The notes below the pieces were generated by a model that was given only the letters and a program-made list of their open reading frames with translations, ran no database searches and was not told where the DNA came from. Positions 1-19,039 of a stretch of DNA of 64,000 nt are shown piece after piece. The DNA lies in assembly GCF_009914755.1 (NCBI RefSeq), contig NC_060925.1, one strand, 5' to 3'. A program made the position numbers and the translations under genes. This DNA is from the human T2T-CHM13v2.0 reference genome, Homo sapiens. Each line of letters begins with the position of its first letter. Within the stretch, counting starts at the first letter, position 1.

Positions 1-214
1 CGCCTCCCAGGTTCAATCTATTCTTGTGTCTCAGCCTCCTGAGGAGCTGAATTACAGGTGCGTGGCAGCATCCCCAGCTAATTTTTTGTATTTTTAATAG
101 AGGCAAGGTTTCGCCATGTTGGCTAGGCTGGTCTGGAACTCCTGACCTCAAGTGATCCGCCTGATTGGCCTCCCAAAGTGCTGGGATTACAGGCATGAGC
201 TACCATGCCTGGCC
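1..214 (-). mobile_element. Alu (AluS-type), cut by window start
   Basis: Reverse-complement Alu left arm and linker ('gctaattttttgtattttt', 'cctgacctcaagtgatcc', 'tcccaaagtgctgggattacaggcatgag...ggcc'). Confidence 0.95.
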
Positions 215-744
215 TAAAGAATGTTTTAGTTCTAAACATCTATATATGTGAACCTAATACATGGTTCTAAATAAGAATACTCTATACAGAATAATGACTA
301 ACAGCATGAATTCTGGAGTCAGAGGGATCTGTGTTTAAATCCTTACTCTTTGACAGTGTGAAATTTAGTAGGGGTGTGGGTGGGTGGCACATGCATAAGT
401 GTGTGTGTATTGATTTGTGTCTGTGTTTGAGGTGTGATATTTTAAAAACATCCAGAAAAGTATGAGACAAATAGAGTTCAGAGGGTGTTCTGTTCCATTT
501 TCAATCTAGGGGTTATAAAACAGACTGCCTCTAGGCTGCCCCATAGCAAATTGATTCCTGTGGGATATGAACAAAAATTAGGAAGTACTATGTTCCCCCG
601 TGAGAGGACACAGAAGTTAGCTGAGAATCTGGCTGGGAGCTTACTAGTGAGAAGTCCTCATGTCAAAGGAGAGACTATCTGATATAGATCATAGACAAGA
701 GAAAATATGACACCAGAAAGGACTTCTAGGCCATGATCAACTGA

Positions 745-792
745 GAGAGGGAGAGAGATAGAGAGAGAGAGAGAGAGACAGAGAAGGGAGAC
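745..792. repeat. (GA)n-rich simple repeat
   Basis: Run of gagagaga with interruptions. Confidence 0.85.
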
Positions 793-1414
793 ACAGCACC
801 AGCAGTAGGTTTTAGCAGCAGATACCCTTAGACGGCCAAACACAGAGCTTGGACACCTCATTGGTCTCCTATCTGAGGAACAACCCAGATCAGCCATTCC
901 ATAGCTAAGATCAAAGAGAATCCAGAGACTATCTTGTGGATCCAAAATTCCCATGGCCGCCTTCTTCTCACAAGGTCAGTACTATCAGACACTATTTTAG
1001 AGTGGAGGAGGAGGCAGGGAGGGGAAGTAAAAATCCGAGAGATCAGGCAATTTTACCTAAAGAGCAATATATCAGTATAAAGGGGTGGTTTAGTTATGGC
1101 ACAGGACCAAGTTTACTGGTTTGAAATAAAAGTTTTGTTATTGTTATTTATTTTCAAGCTTCCCAGCACGTGGGGACTCCTGAGGAAGACCAGAGCTGTT
1201 TTACAGAGAGGAAAATACCATATTTTGTCTGTGTCCTATGAGTAAAATTTCTGGACTCACTATTATAAAATATTAACATAAGATTTGATGTTACAATTTT
1301 ACAGTGTTAGACTTCATGTATCTCTAATGTGAGTATAGTTATTGACACATAATAGGATCTTAGTATCTGTTGAATCAGTCTAATGAATAAATAAATGAAT
1401 CCATTTTGAAAAGT

Positions 1415-1582
1415 CAGCCTCATAACACCCCTGTGAAGTAGATAGCAGTATAATATCCATTGAAAATCTAGGCTTAGAAAGGTTAACTGAGTTGTGACAA
1501 GCCATATATAGCATATACATTTGCATTGGTGTTTGAACTTGGGTCTCTTGACTCCAAGGCCATTTCCTGGTTCCACTATCAC
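1415..1582 (-). mobile_element. MIR fragment
   Basis: 'cctcataacacccctgtgaagtag...aggttaactgag...tttgaacttgggtctcttgactccaagg' matches the antisense MIR core. Confidence 0.7.
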
Positions 1583-4304
1583 TTGTTCTCACTTCAATCT
1601 CATGCCAGCCACAAACCCACCACTAAGATGCTGAAGGACAAAGAGAGATTTTTCTGAGGCCCATTCTAGGCCTAGGGTCCTGTCCACTGACTCATGATTC
1701 AGATTCCTATTCTGTTATGAGGCATCTGTGGTTAGCAGTTCTCACATATTCATGTCTGATATAAATTTCTACATAGCTCAGCTTAAGAATGCATAAACCA
1801 CTTCCCTGGTACAGACTTCCTGCTCACACAGTAAAAGCCAATCTCCCTCAGCATTTTCAGCCCCTGTTAGTGCTTACCCAATAGTTTCTGTCTTTGGGAC
1901 CCCAGATTGAGAATTTGGGATTAGAGTCTACTGTTAGAGGCTTATTATTTTTGTCTTCCTGCTTATAGCAATATTTTTGCAAAGCTGAGACAGGTCCCTT
2001 AACCCAGGACTCTCAAGATGATGCAAGCACAGTCCTGCGAACATTTCCAGAGAGGTCAGAGGGTCAAAGGTTAGACTGAAGCCCAGGCTAAAGGATTAGA
2101 TTATGAACAGGGCGCCTATAAGTAAAGGCTTGAGAACAGTTTTGAAAAGTGAAAATTTAGAATGTTAAAGCTGTCAAAGACCTAAGAAAAACACCTGATA
2201 CAACTGTGCAGAAGGGGAAACTGCAGCCCCAAATGCACATGAGACTGCCCACAGTCACACAGGCTGAAGTTCTATGACACGCTGGATTCGCCTTTGAAGA
2301 GTCAAGCTTCTGACTTCTCTATTCCCTGCTCCTAATCTCACATCTCTCTGTTCATTTCCTAGCAGAAGTCTCTTCCCCTAGGCTGCTCCCTCCAAATCCT
2401 TATGGAATAGGTAACTGGTACTTGTGTTACTAAGAAGATTCTACACAATCCACTTCAAAACCTAGGGAAATTTGGATACAGAGACTTTAAGCTACTTGCT
2501 AATGGTCATCTAGAAAAACATGTTCTGTTTGACTGATATCCTTCTGACTTCTGATCTCCAGACCCCAAAATCTCTTTCATCTATGTATCATGCATATTCA
2601 TCATAATCCCCCCTTTCCAGTGAAACAAAATTGTGTCGACTCTTTATTACTTCCACAAAACATTCTGATTTTCACATTCAAATCCCTTAGTGATTGGGTC
2701 CCAAACTAATCTGTGCACTCGCCATTCCACCGACTCATGTTCAGCCTATTTGGAGGTTCCTTACCAGGTTAGGAACATGCTATGCACTAGCACACCTCCA
2801 AACCATGGCTCATCCTGATCTCGCCAACCTCTCTGACTTAAGCTTCTTCTTCCTCCTTCTTCACCTGCTAAATAGTTCTTATTCTTCAAGGCTAACCTCA
2901 AATGGTTCCTCCTCTGGGAGGCATTTCTGAGTCCTCATGATAGAATTTAATGTTCATTCCTTTGTGTCTCCATATCACCCTGTACCTGGATTATGGCATT
3001 TTAAGTCACATTTTAATTTTATAGTAATGTATGTGAATCCCACAGTTGACTGAATCTCCTTGAGGGAAGGATATGTTTCATTTTTATAAAAGGAATGAAC
3101 ATTATCATACATTAAATAGAGAAGCAGGTACAATTATTTTTTTTCAGAGATTAGAAAAGCGGACAAAAGCACGAGGATGTAGAAGATGCTTTAATATTTA
3201 TTCTCCTTTCCCCTTCATTTAATATTGACACTAACTTCTTGGATTACTTATTTCCATTTTACCATGGAAGAAGGGGAGATCAGATAATTCAAGTAATTTT
3301 CCCAAGGTTACAGAGCTTAACCTTGGCAGATCTGGGATTCTACTAAATTCGTCTGAATCCAAGTTCAAGGGCTCTTTCTAGTGTAGTTCTGTTGCCTCTC
3401 ATGCACTCAGCCCAAATCCAAGCCATGGAAAGAAAGCTCAGAACTCCAAATGCCCTCTCCTATAATACATCACTCTAGGCATGAACGGGCTCCAGGAGGC
3501 ACTATAGGTCTGAGAACAGTTTTTATAGTTTTGAAGTGACCAAATATTCACCTCTAAATATGGCTGAGATTATTTTATTATTTGCATAGAAAAGGCACCA
3601 CAGACTGCCCTGTTTACCAATTCTTCTTTCCTCCCACACAAGAATCCTCCTAGAGCTGGGAGATATCACATTTCTTACACGAAAAATGGGCTAACAGCAA
3701 TCTGAATTTCAATCTCTAGCCTAAACCTTCTGTTTCAAACCAGTACTAAATATTTTGCTGATATGCATTTGTTATTTTAAGTGGAATGCATTATACCAGA
3801 CTCACAGCAGACATTATGCATTTATTTATTTATTTTAGGCATTGACATTAAGAGTATAGCTCTCTACTAAGCACTGAATGGCTTAATGTAAGCAAGTGCT
3901 GCCAGGTGGGAGGACAGGCATGGCTTTTGCAGACTTTCCCTGGATAGAGAGGGCGCAGTGAAACGGAACTGTAGAATTATGTTCCCAAGAACCAGACCCA
4001 AGAAGCTCTCTCAAGCACAATGTTTGCGAACAGCAAGAAACAACAGGACACAGGGATTATTTAAGAGGTCTCTGAGAGCCTGTAGGATCATAGAACTGTT
4101 ACTTGGAAGGGTTCTTAGAGATCTGTCCATGCCCCACCTGTTACAGCTGGGGAAAGTGTGTTACAGAGAGAAGAGACAGCGTACCTAACATTACACAGTG
4201 AGCTAGTGGAGAGAGTTAGGACCGGAATAAGGAAATGCTGATATCCTGGTCCCAATACCATCCACTTTGCATTATTCTTCAGGAAAAAATATGGGAGCAT
4301 CTAA

Positions 4305-4575
4305 GCATAATATTAATGAGTGCAAGCTTTAGAGTAAGTGGGACCTGTGTCTGCATTCTGTGTAACTCAGTAGCTGTGTGACATAGTAGCTGTGTAACAT
4401 GAGAATGTTCCTCAATCTCGCTGAGCTTCAGTCCCCTTATCTGCAAAATGAAGTAATAAGAATAGCTACCTCATAAGAGTACCTAATTCATAGAATTAAT
4501 CTGAGGATAAAATGTGCAAATGTATGGAAAACTCTTAGCACAGTGTCTGACACAATAAATTCTCAATAAATGTTC
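4305..4575 (+). mobile_element. MIR
   Basis: 'tagctgtgtgac...ctgagcttcagtccccttatctgcaaaatg...acctcataag...agcacagtgtctgacacaataaattctcaataaatgtt'. Confidence 0.8.
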
Positions 4576-5169
4576 CTTTTTTTGATGATAATCCAATTGC
4601 TACTACATTCTTTTTCATCTCTTGATTAACTCCAAGGGCAAAATTAGAAGTACTGACTAAACTCTTTTTATAGAAAGGACAAAGGAACATAAAAACCCCT
4701 TTAAAATGGAAGAAGGAGCTAATATCATTTCTTAAGTGAGACAAGGTTAATGTAACTTGAAAACATATCTTTTACAGCCTTATCTAGGAGTTCAGTTTAC
4801 CTAACCACAGTAGATTCAAAATATCTCTTTCTTTGGTGACGGACCCCAGTGCTGGCTGGTTGTTCTCAAAGCAATTCTGAAAGACTAGAGAACTACACCA
4901 CATTCCAGATATATCCATAACGGGCAGTGAATGTTTCTAGTTAATTCTCTCTTGATACTGCCTTTACCAAAAGGGTTTTACCTTGCTTAAATCACACATA
5001 CATACCTCACATATGCTTGTCACTCCAATCATCAGCAGAAACAACACTGAGTTCAATAATACACATTTTTATTTGTCTTTGTATACCAGGACCCAGGGCC
5101 AACTTCTGAGTATGTTCATTTTGAATTTCAGTGAAGGGTGTTATCATATGTTTGTCCTAAGAGAAGCAG

Positions 5170-5600
5170 TGTGGAAGATACTGCTTGGATGGCTACTGAA
5201 TTCCCAGTGATTCTGCATTCCTTGGAAATGGGCCTAGTGACCAGAGGTAGGCACATGGCTGTGTCTGTCCAATATGATCCTGCCCTAGGCATAGTTCACT
5301 GAACCATAAGTCAATATCTGACCTAAGCAAGGACCCATTCCTTCTCTGAGAAATTTAGAACTGGAAATGGAGAGACAAGACTAGTTTTGTTGACACTGAG
5401 TCATATTCATGTTAATATCTGAGTAGGCATTCCATGAATTTCTACTGCTAAGGTTCCCCAAGGAGTGCCTGAAGGATTTACCCAAGGCTTTGTTCCTCAA
5501 CTATCCTTTAAATTCTATGAAAGACCTTAATATCCTTCCAATATTATTGTCTCATTTTGTTGTTCTCTTTTATTTATAACCAAGAACAACTTTACTAGCA
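5170..5600 (+). mobile_element. old ERVL-type LTR fragment (family unresolved)
   Basis: TG start, internal 'tgacctaagcaaggacc' motif and 3' 'tttataaccaagaacaactttacta', resembling LTR16/33/41-class ends. Confidence 0.4.
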
Positions 5601-5846
5601 AAAGTGGGGTAGAAAATTATCTTGTAATGGTTAACACTACTTTTTCTTGAAAAGGGAACTTCCCTTTTTTGGAAAAATACTATGATAAGCTACTTGGGGA
5701 TAGAAAATGAAATCCTAAGATCATGAGGTTCAACTGACAAAGAAACAAAAGGTGAAGTTTCTGTAGTTCATAAGAAATAAACAGGAATTTATAGATGGAA
5801 CAAGCAGAGAAGAAAGGAAAGTGGGAGAAATGAATTAAAATATATA

Positions 5847-6169
5847 CAGACAGTCTTCAATTTATGATGAATCGAACTGATGGTCTTCAGCTGTGTACTT
5901 CAATAATTAGTACTCATATAGCCATTCTATATTTTTACTTTCAGTACTGTATTTAATAAATTACATGAGATATTCAAAACTTTAGTATAAAATAGGCTTT
6001 GAGTTAGATGATTTTGCCCAACTGTAGGCACATTTAAGGTAGGCAAGGCTAAGTTATAATGTTTGGTAGGTTAGATATATTAAATGTATTTTCAATGTAA
6101 TATTTTCAACTTACAATAGGTTTATGGGGATGTAACATCATTTTTAAGCAGAGAAGTTAGGAGTATCTG
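5847..6169 (-). mobile_element. MER47A (TcMar-Tigger MITE)
   Basis: 'aaataggctttgagttagatgattttgcccaactgtaggc...aggtaggcaaggctaag' matches MER47A. CAGA...TCTG termini with TA on both sides (5845-46, 6170-71). Confidence 0.85.
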
Positions 6170-6401
6170 TACAAGGATTAGGATATGGAGAAGATGAAGC
6201 CCAAAATAATATAAATGGTTAAAGATGTCTTAAGAGCAGGTGTGACTAAAATTAAAGTTTAATGTTGTTTGCATTGCTGTAACATAAAGTCCTTCCATCT
6301 CCCCAAATCTTCAGGAAAGTCTGTTCTACACATAAAGACTTCATATAGTGGATTAATTGTCTGTGTGTATATATGCCTGTGGGCATGTATGAATATGTGT
6401 A

Positions 6402-6464
<63 letters not shown>
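6402..6464. repeat. compound (TG)n(GA)n microsatellite
   Basis: Perfect TG run joined directly to a long GA run. Confidence 0.97.
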
Positions 6465-6466
<2 letters not shown>

Positions 6467-8639
6467 ATATTTACATGTATCCAAGAGAAGGGTTGAATTC
6501 CTTGCCTGGGTCAATAAGAACATCATATGCAGGATAGGGGGATGATCAATAAACTGACCTAATACAGGGAGCTATGAGCCAATAATATTCAGAATACAAA
6601 AATTTACCCCAACCCACAGAAACCTCTGGGAGAGATTGGAAGGGATATAGAGCTCCCAGTACCCATAGGGTGGGGGCTTTGTGCTAATTTTACTTGAATC
6701 TTTGACAAATAAACCTAAAAACCCACTTCAGGTGACATCTAATTTACAGAGCCTATTTGGACAAGTGACCTTGGCAAGTTATCTCTCTTTCTGCTTCAGA
6801 TCCTTAGTCCAGCCAGGATTGCTACCAGGGATCTTCACTTTCAACCCTCTGCACTGTAAGAACGTTGGGGCAGACAGGCCATTCCATAGCTACTTCTCTG
6901 ATATCAGAATGTTCGTATATATTCATCCTGTTGTTACCTATGAATTCTTTTGTTCATGTATCCACTCATTCAACAAATATTAATTAGCCATCCATTATGT
7001 GTTAGCCACTATTCTAGATACCTGGGATACACCAGCGAATAAAACAGGAAAATCCCTATTCTTCCCTTCTGGGACACCAGAATTTAAATAATAGGAAGTT
7101 TTGGTACAGTTTAAACAAGAATAAAATAAAGTAGAAAAAAGAAAAGCAGGTAAGGAGAAGGGAAAGGTGGGGGAATCTCTGTTTAATGAGAGCACAGGAG
7201 CTTTTCTGGTGATTGCAAACCAAATGAACAAAACTGTATCTAGAGTCTCCAAGCCATCATAGAAACTACTTTCTGCAAGTAATGGTTCTGGAAGTACAAG
7301 GCCTCATACTGCCATCAGAGTGAGCAAAGCATGCTGGGAGGCCTCATCTCTTTGCACTGTCAGGGGAGAACGTTCAGTGTTATTGACAAAATAGTGAATG
7401 ATTTCTTAATAGAATACAGTCAGCAGAGACAGGGGTTATGGCATAATTAACATAACATGAATTTTTTAAAACCCCATGTGCCACCTGCCAGCAGGAGATA
7501 GGCCAGAGACAGAGAAGGGGTGACAGCCGGACAGAGGTTTGCTCCACTCTTCACCCTACAGCATTTGTTAAGGCCCTAAATCTGGGTCCAGTAGGTATGG
7601 CAAAGTGCACTAAACTGCAGACAGGAGAACGCCCTCAGTTCTGCCATGAACTCACTGTGTGACCTTCAGCAAGTTCCACCCCTTCTCTGGGCCCTTCATC
7701 CAGTTACCTACCTGAAAAATGAGGGGGTTGGATCAAATGATCCTCTAGACATGGGTTTTTCAAACATTCTATTATAACTTTTAAGCACAACCTCCTTTTT
7801 CAAAAAACTTTACCTAAAGCCCTATAACCTTAAGCAACTGAAAGCAGAACTGCTCTAAGTGTAATAGCAGCAGCTGGGGACAGATAGGAATTCATCTTCT
7901 CTCCTCGGTAGCATCACCTTTTACTTCCCTGGATTGGGGAGAAGGTTTCCCCAGTCATCTTAGCTACACCCCTTCTGCTCTCTGAGGGAACAGCTACTGT
8001 GGAAGCCATCACCCACCCAGTGAATCTAGCACTGGAGTGCACTGTCTGCCTCAACTGGAAGGCTGTTAGGGCTCTTCTCACCAAACTTGACCTTTGAATT
8101 TCCCTCAGTCCCTGCTAGAATCTCAAAATCCCTCTGGCATCTATCTTGACCTGACTATTACTCTCCACCTGGGTGGGGCCATCCCTTAATCTAATCCAAT
8201 CTCTCACCTTCTCCGTCCTTCCTTCCTCCCAGTGTCCACTCAGAATAATGTAATACTGCCCACCTCACAGAGTAGTTTTGCAAGTAAAATGAATTAATAT
8301 ATGTTAGTATTTAGTAGAGTGCTTGGCACATAACAAGCATTATTAGAGTATTTTTTACTATTGTTAATTTTATTGTTGTTGTGAATAGTATTTTCTAGGT
8401 GCCAGCAATACCATGGCTTAAACTCTGGTGAATCACTAGATTGACTAATCTTAATTTACCTACCAACAGCTTTCATTTTTGCCTCACTGATTCCACCTTT
8501 CCCCGTCCACTTTCATTTTTCTTACTGACTTCTATATTCATGCATCATCCAACATCACAGATTTTAACCCCAATACTATGTTTTTAGCAAATAGAACAAT
8601 GCCTGGCTCACAATAAGCCATCAATAAGTACTTTCTGAA

Positions 8640-10570
<1,931 letters not shown>

Positions 10571-11681
10571 AACTCTAGGACCACAAAGACTATATTTTGA
10601 ATGATATTTGATTATACTGTAAGCTTTCTAAGGACAATGATTGATCTAATTTATTTCTATTTCTCCAGCATTTGGCATAGGCAGAGTAGGTTATCAGGGA
10701 AGGCTTTCAGAATTAAATTGAGATGCATTCTTTGAGTCTGATATTTCAAGTAACATAATGTAGTAGTTTCACAATCCTAGCAACTGCCTAGCTTTGTCTG
10801 TGTTCTACTTAGTTAAAATTTTAAAGACTCTGAAAGGGGCAACATGTATAACATGTGTGAGGTCTGAGATTTGAAGTGATTAAGGCATACTTGGAATTCC
10901 AACTTTTTCACCTCAGTAGCTAATAGTTGTAATTGGTTAATGTTTGAGGATCTGTTTTCTGGAGTATAACATAGTGATAGAAATAGAGTTCCTTTGAAGA
11001 TTAAATAAGATACCGTATTTGAAATAACAGACACATACAGGCATACAATGCTAACAACCATCTGAGCCTTCAGAGAGTCATCATCTTTTTGCTGGTGGAG
11101 GGTTTGCCTTCATGTTCACGGCTACTGACTGATCAGGGTGCTATTGTTGAAGGTTGGAGTAGCTGTGGCAATTCTTAAAATAAAACAACAATAAACTTTG
11201 CTGCATCAATTGACTCTTCCTTTCATGAAAACTTTCTCTGTAGCATGCGATACTGTTTGACAGCATTTTACCCACAGTAGAACTTTTTTCAAAATTGGAC
11301 TCAATCCTCTCAAACCCTGCCACTGCTTTAATAACGAAGGTTAGAATATCAAAAGTAGCTTTGATGTGATTTCAAAAATGTTCACAGTATTTTCACTGGG
11401 GGTAGATTCTATCTCAAGAAACTACTTTCTTTGCTCATCAATAAGAAGCAACTCCTCATCCATTCAAGTTTTATCATGAGATTGTAGCAATTCAGTCACA
11501 TCTTCAGGCTCCACTTCTAATTCTAGTTATCTTGACATTTCCAGCATGTCTGCAGTTATTTCCTTCACTGAAGTCTTGAACCCCTCATAGCTATTCATAA
11601 GAAATGGAATTAACTTATTCTGAACTCCTGTGAATGCTGATACTTTGACCTTCTCTCATGAATCACAAATCTTCTTTTTAA

Positions 11682-11977
11682 TTTTTTTTTTTTTTTTGAG
11701 ATGGAGTCTTGCTTTGTCACCCAGACCAGAGTGCAGTGGCGCAATCTCGGCTCACTGCGAGCTCTGCCTCCCAGGTTGCGCCATTCTCCTGTCTCAGCCT
11801 CCTGAGTAGCTGGGACTACAGGCGCCTGCCACCACGCCTGGCTAATTTTTTGTATTTTTAGTAGAGACGGGGTTTCACCATGTTAGCCAGGATGGTCTTG
11901 ATCTCCTGACCTCGTGATCCACCCACCTCGGCCTCCCAAAGTTCTGGGATTACAGGCATGAGCCACCGCACCCGGCC
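11682..11977 (-). mobile_element. AluY inserted in the tail of the older Alu
   Basis: AluY diagnostics ('gccattctcc', 'ttagccaggatggtcttgatctcctgacctcgtg'); flanked by ttaa(a)tttttt duplicates. Confidence 0.9.
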
Positions 11978-12320
<343 letters not shown>

Positions 12321-14466
12321 TAGAAGGTTTTCAGTTTACTTTACCTAGACCCATCAGAGAAATCATTATCTATGGCAGCTATAGCCTTATAAAATGTATT
12401 TCTTAAATAAGAAGACTTGAAAGTTGAAATAACTTGTTAATCCATGAGTTGCAAAATGGATGTAGCGTTAGCAGGCATGAAAACAGCATTCATCTGTATA
12501 TCTCCATCAGAGCTCTTGGGTGACCATGTGCATTGTCAGTGAGCTGTAATATTTTTGAAGAATTTTTTTTTTCCCTGAGAAGTAGGTCTCAACAGTAGGC
12601 TTAAAATATTTAGCAAACCATGCTATAAACAAATGTACTGTCAACCAGGCTTAGTGGTTGCATTTCTGGAGCACAAACAGAGGATATTTTTTATAATTCT
12701 TGGGATTTTCAGAATGGTCAGTGAGCATTGGCTTCAACTTAAAGTCATCAGCTCCATTAGCTCCTCACAAGAGAGTCAGCCTGTCCTTTGAAGCCTTGAA
12801 GCCAGGCATTGACTTCTCCTCTCTAGCTATGAAAGTCCTATATGACATCTTCTTTCAATATAAGATGTGTCTACATTGAAAATGTGTTATTTAGTGAGCC
12901 ACCTTCATCAGTCATCTTAGCTAGATCTTTTGGATAACCTGTTGCAGTTTCTATATTAGCACTTGCTGCTTCACCTTGCACTTTTTATGTTATGGAGACA
13001 GCTTCTTTCTTTAAACCATATGAACCAACCTCTGCTAACTTCAAACTTTTCTTCTGCACCTTCTTCATCCTTCTCAGCCTTCAAATAATTGAGGAGAGTT
13101 AGAGCCTTGATCTGGATTAGGCTTTGGCTTAAGGAAATGTTGTGGCTGGTTTGATCTTCTATCCAGACCACTAAAACTTTCTCCAAATCAGCAATAAGGC
13201 TGTTTTGCTTTCTTATGATTTGTGTATTTACTGGCAGAACACTTTTTATTTTCTTCAAGAATTTTTCATTTGCATAAACAACATGACTGTTTGGTGGAAG
13301 AAGCCTATCTTTCTTCCTAACTCAGCTTTCAAGATACCTTCCTTACTAAGATTAATAATTTCTAGCTTTTGATCTAATGTGACAGACATGTGACTCTTCC
13401 TTTCATTTGAACACTCAGAGACCACTGGAGGGTTATTAATTGGCCTAATTTTAATATTGTTGTGTCTCAGGGAATACAGGGGCCTGAGGTGAGGAAGGAG
13501 AAGGGCTGATCAGTGGAGCTTTCAGAACACATACAACATTTATCGATTAAGTTTGTTGTCTTTTATGGTCATGGTTTGTAGCACCCCAAAACAATTACAA
13601 TAGTAGCATCAAAGATCACTGATTACAAATCACCATAGCAGATATAATAATAATGAAAAAGTTTGAAATATTGCAAGAATTACCAAGATGTGACACAGAG
13701 ACATGACTAAGTACATGGTGTTGGAAAAATGATGCCAATAGACTTGCTGAACACAGGGTTGTCACAAACCTTAAATTTGAAACAAAAACAAAAATAAAAA
13801 CAAAAAACCAACACAGTATCTGTAAAGTGCAATAAAGCAAAATGCTATAAAATGAGGTATATCTGTAGTTGGTTTATAATGAAAGTTAACTCCTCATTTA
13901 GCATTTAATAAAGAATCCTGTTTGGGCTGGAAGTGTTCTTGGAGATCATTCAGATAACTCTTCTGATTTTACAGATGGGAACTTGTTTAGGGTCACACAA
14001 AATATCAATACAAAGGCTGAAATTAGTATGTGTATCTTTTCTGTGTATTATTTTTCTTCTACTGAAAAGAGAATATTATAAAATTCTATGGTGTAGTTTT
14101 AGGAACGGAAAAGGTACTACTGTAATATCACAGTGGACATGCTCAGAAAATGTACTACTGTAATATCATTGTGGACATGCTCTTAAAGAGAATCTTAAAA
14201 CTTGTAGATAGACAAAATTTTTAAGGCAATAGCCTGTATTTATATCCCAAAGCTGTTATCTACTCCAATTTGGTCAATAAATATATACGTGTACATATGC
14301 ATGTGTGTGTTTGGAGGGAGAGAGAGAGAGAGGGAGAGATAGAAAGAGAGAGAAAGAATCCGGTATACTCTATATTTGGGCTGGGATGAATGAGACTTCC
14401 AAGTAAAATCCTCATTGAAATTGTTATAATATTAAGACAGGCAAAGTACACATGTTATTCAACACG

Positions 14467-14946
14467 AAGTTAATTTCAATTCTAAGATACAAATCCCCCC
14501 CCATTTTATATCTCTGAAATTCAGATAAATCTTACAATCTCTACTGTGACAGTCATGACCCATTGACATTGCCTGAGTACACATATCAAAACCTGGTAAT
14601 GTGTCGGTGGCTGGGGAGAAGAATACCAAGATGACAGTAGACAATTTGAAGAAATGCTGTATCTCCATGTTCTTAAAGGCACTGAAGATGCTACTGTGTG
14701 GAAAAATGTGTTTCTTGGCAACTCTGAGTCCAAAAGTAATTAAGAGAAATTGGATCCTGAATGTTTTCAAAATACTTTAACCTTTTATTTGTATGTCTTT
14801 GAAAAATTATGCACGAGATATCTATGATTTTTTAAAAATCTCTGTATAAGTATGTTTTTTAAAGCTCTTTCAAAGAGTAGAATATAAAAATTCGATATAT
14901 TAAGAAAGCATTGTGCCAGAGTTTAATTGGCAACATTTTTCTTCTT
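14467..14946 (+). mobile_element. Kanga1/MER104-type TcMar-Tc2 DNA transposon, left part
   Basis: 'ttctaagatac...atctctgaaattcagataaatcttacaatc' matches the MER104/Kanga terminus. 14646-14708 reads LKKCCISM/(frameshift)KGTEDATVWKN, like the pogo/Tc2 transposase C-terminal motif FKKCCISNALDGTEDD. Confidence 0.65.
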
Positions 14947-15159
14947 TTTAAAATTTTTTTATTATACTTTAAGTTCTAGGGTACATGTGCACAACGTGCA
15001 GGTTTGTTACATAGGTATACGTGTGCCATGTTGGTTTGCTGCACCCATCAACTCGTCATTTACATTACATATTTCTTCTAATGCTATCCCTCCTCCATAT
15101 CCCCACCCCGCCAACAGGCCCTGGTGTGTGATACTCCCCATCCTGTGTCCAAGTATTCT

Positions 15160-18946
<3,787 letters not shown>

Positions 18947-19039
18947 GATGTTAGCTGGTTATTTTGCCCGTTAATTGATGCAGTTTCTTTATAGCATTGA
19001 TGGTCTTTACAATTTGGCATGTTTTTGCAGTGGCTGGTA

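Noticed and set aside
480-1300. Possible old LTR (TG...CA ends, AATAAA near 1125)
   Set aside because: I could not assign a family or a TSD by eye.
3580-3594. OCT-SOX-like motif ATTTGCATAGAAAAG (also an octamer at ~36229)
   Set aside because: The SOX half is mismatched, and octamers are expected by chance in 64 kb.
6252-6467. ORF with SLSLSL/THTHTH repeats
   Set aside because: Translation of the (GA)n(TG)n microsatellite.
14525-14735. Apparent coding exon with AG/GT boundaries
   Set aside because: The frames I read contain stops, and the sequence is explained as a Kanga/Tc2 transposase remnant.
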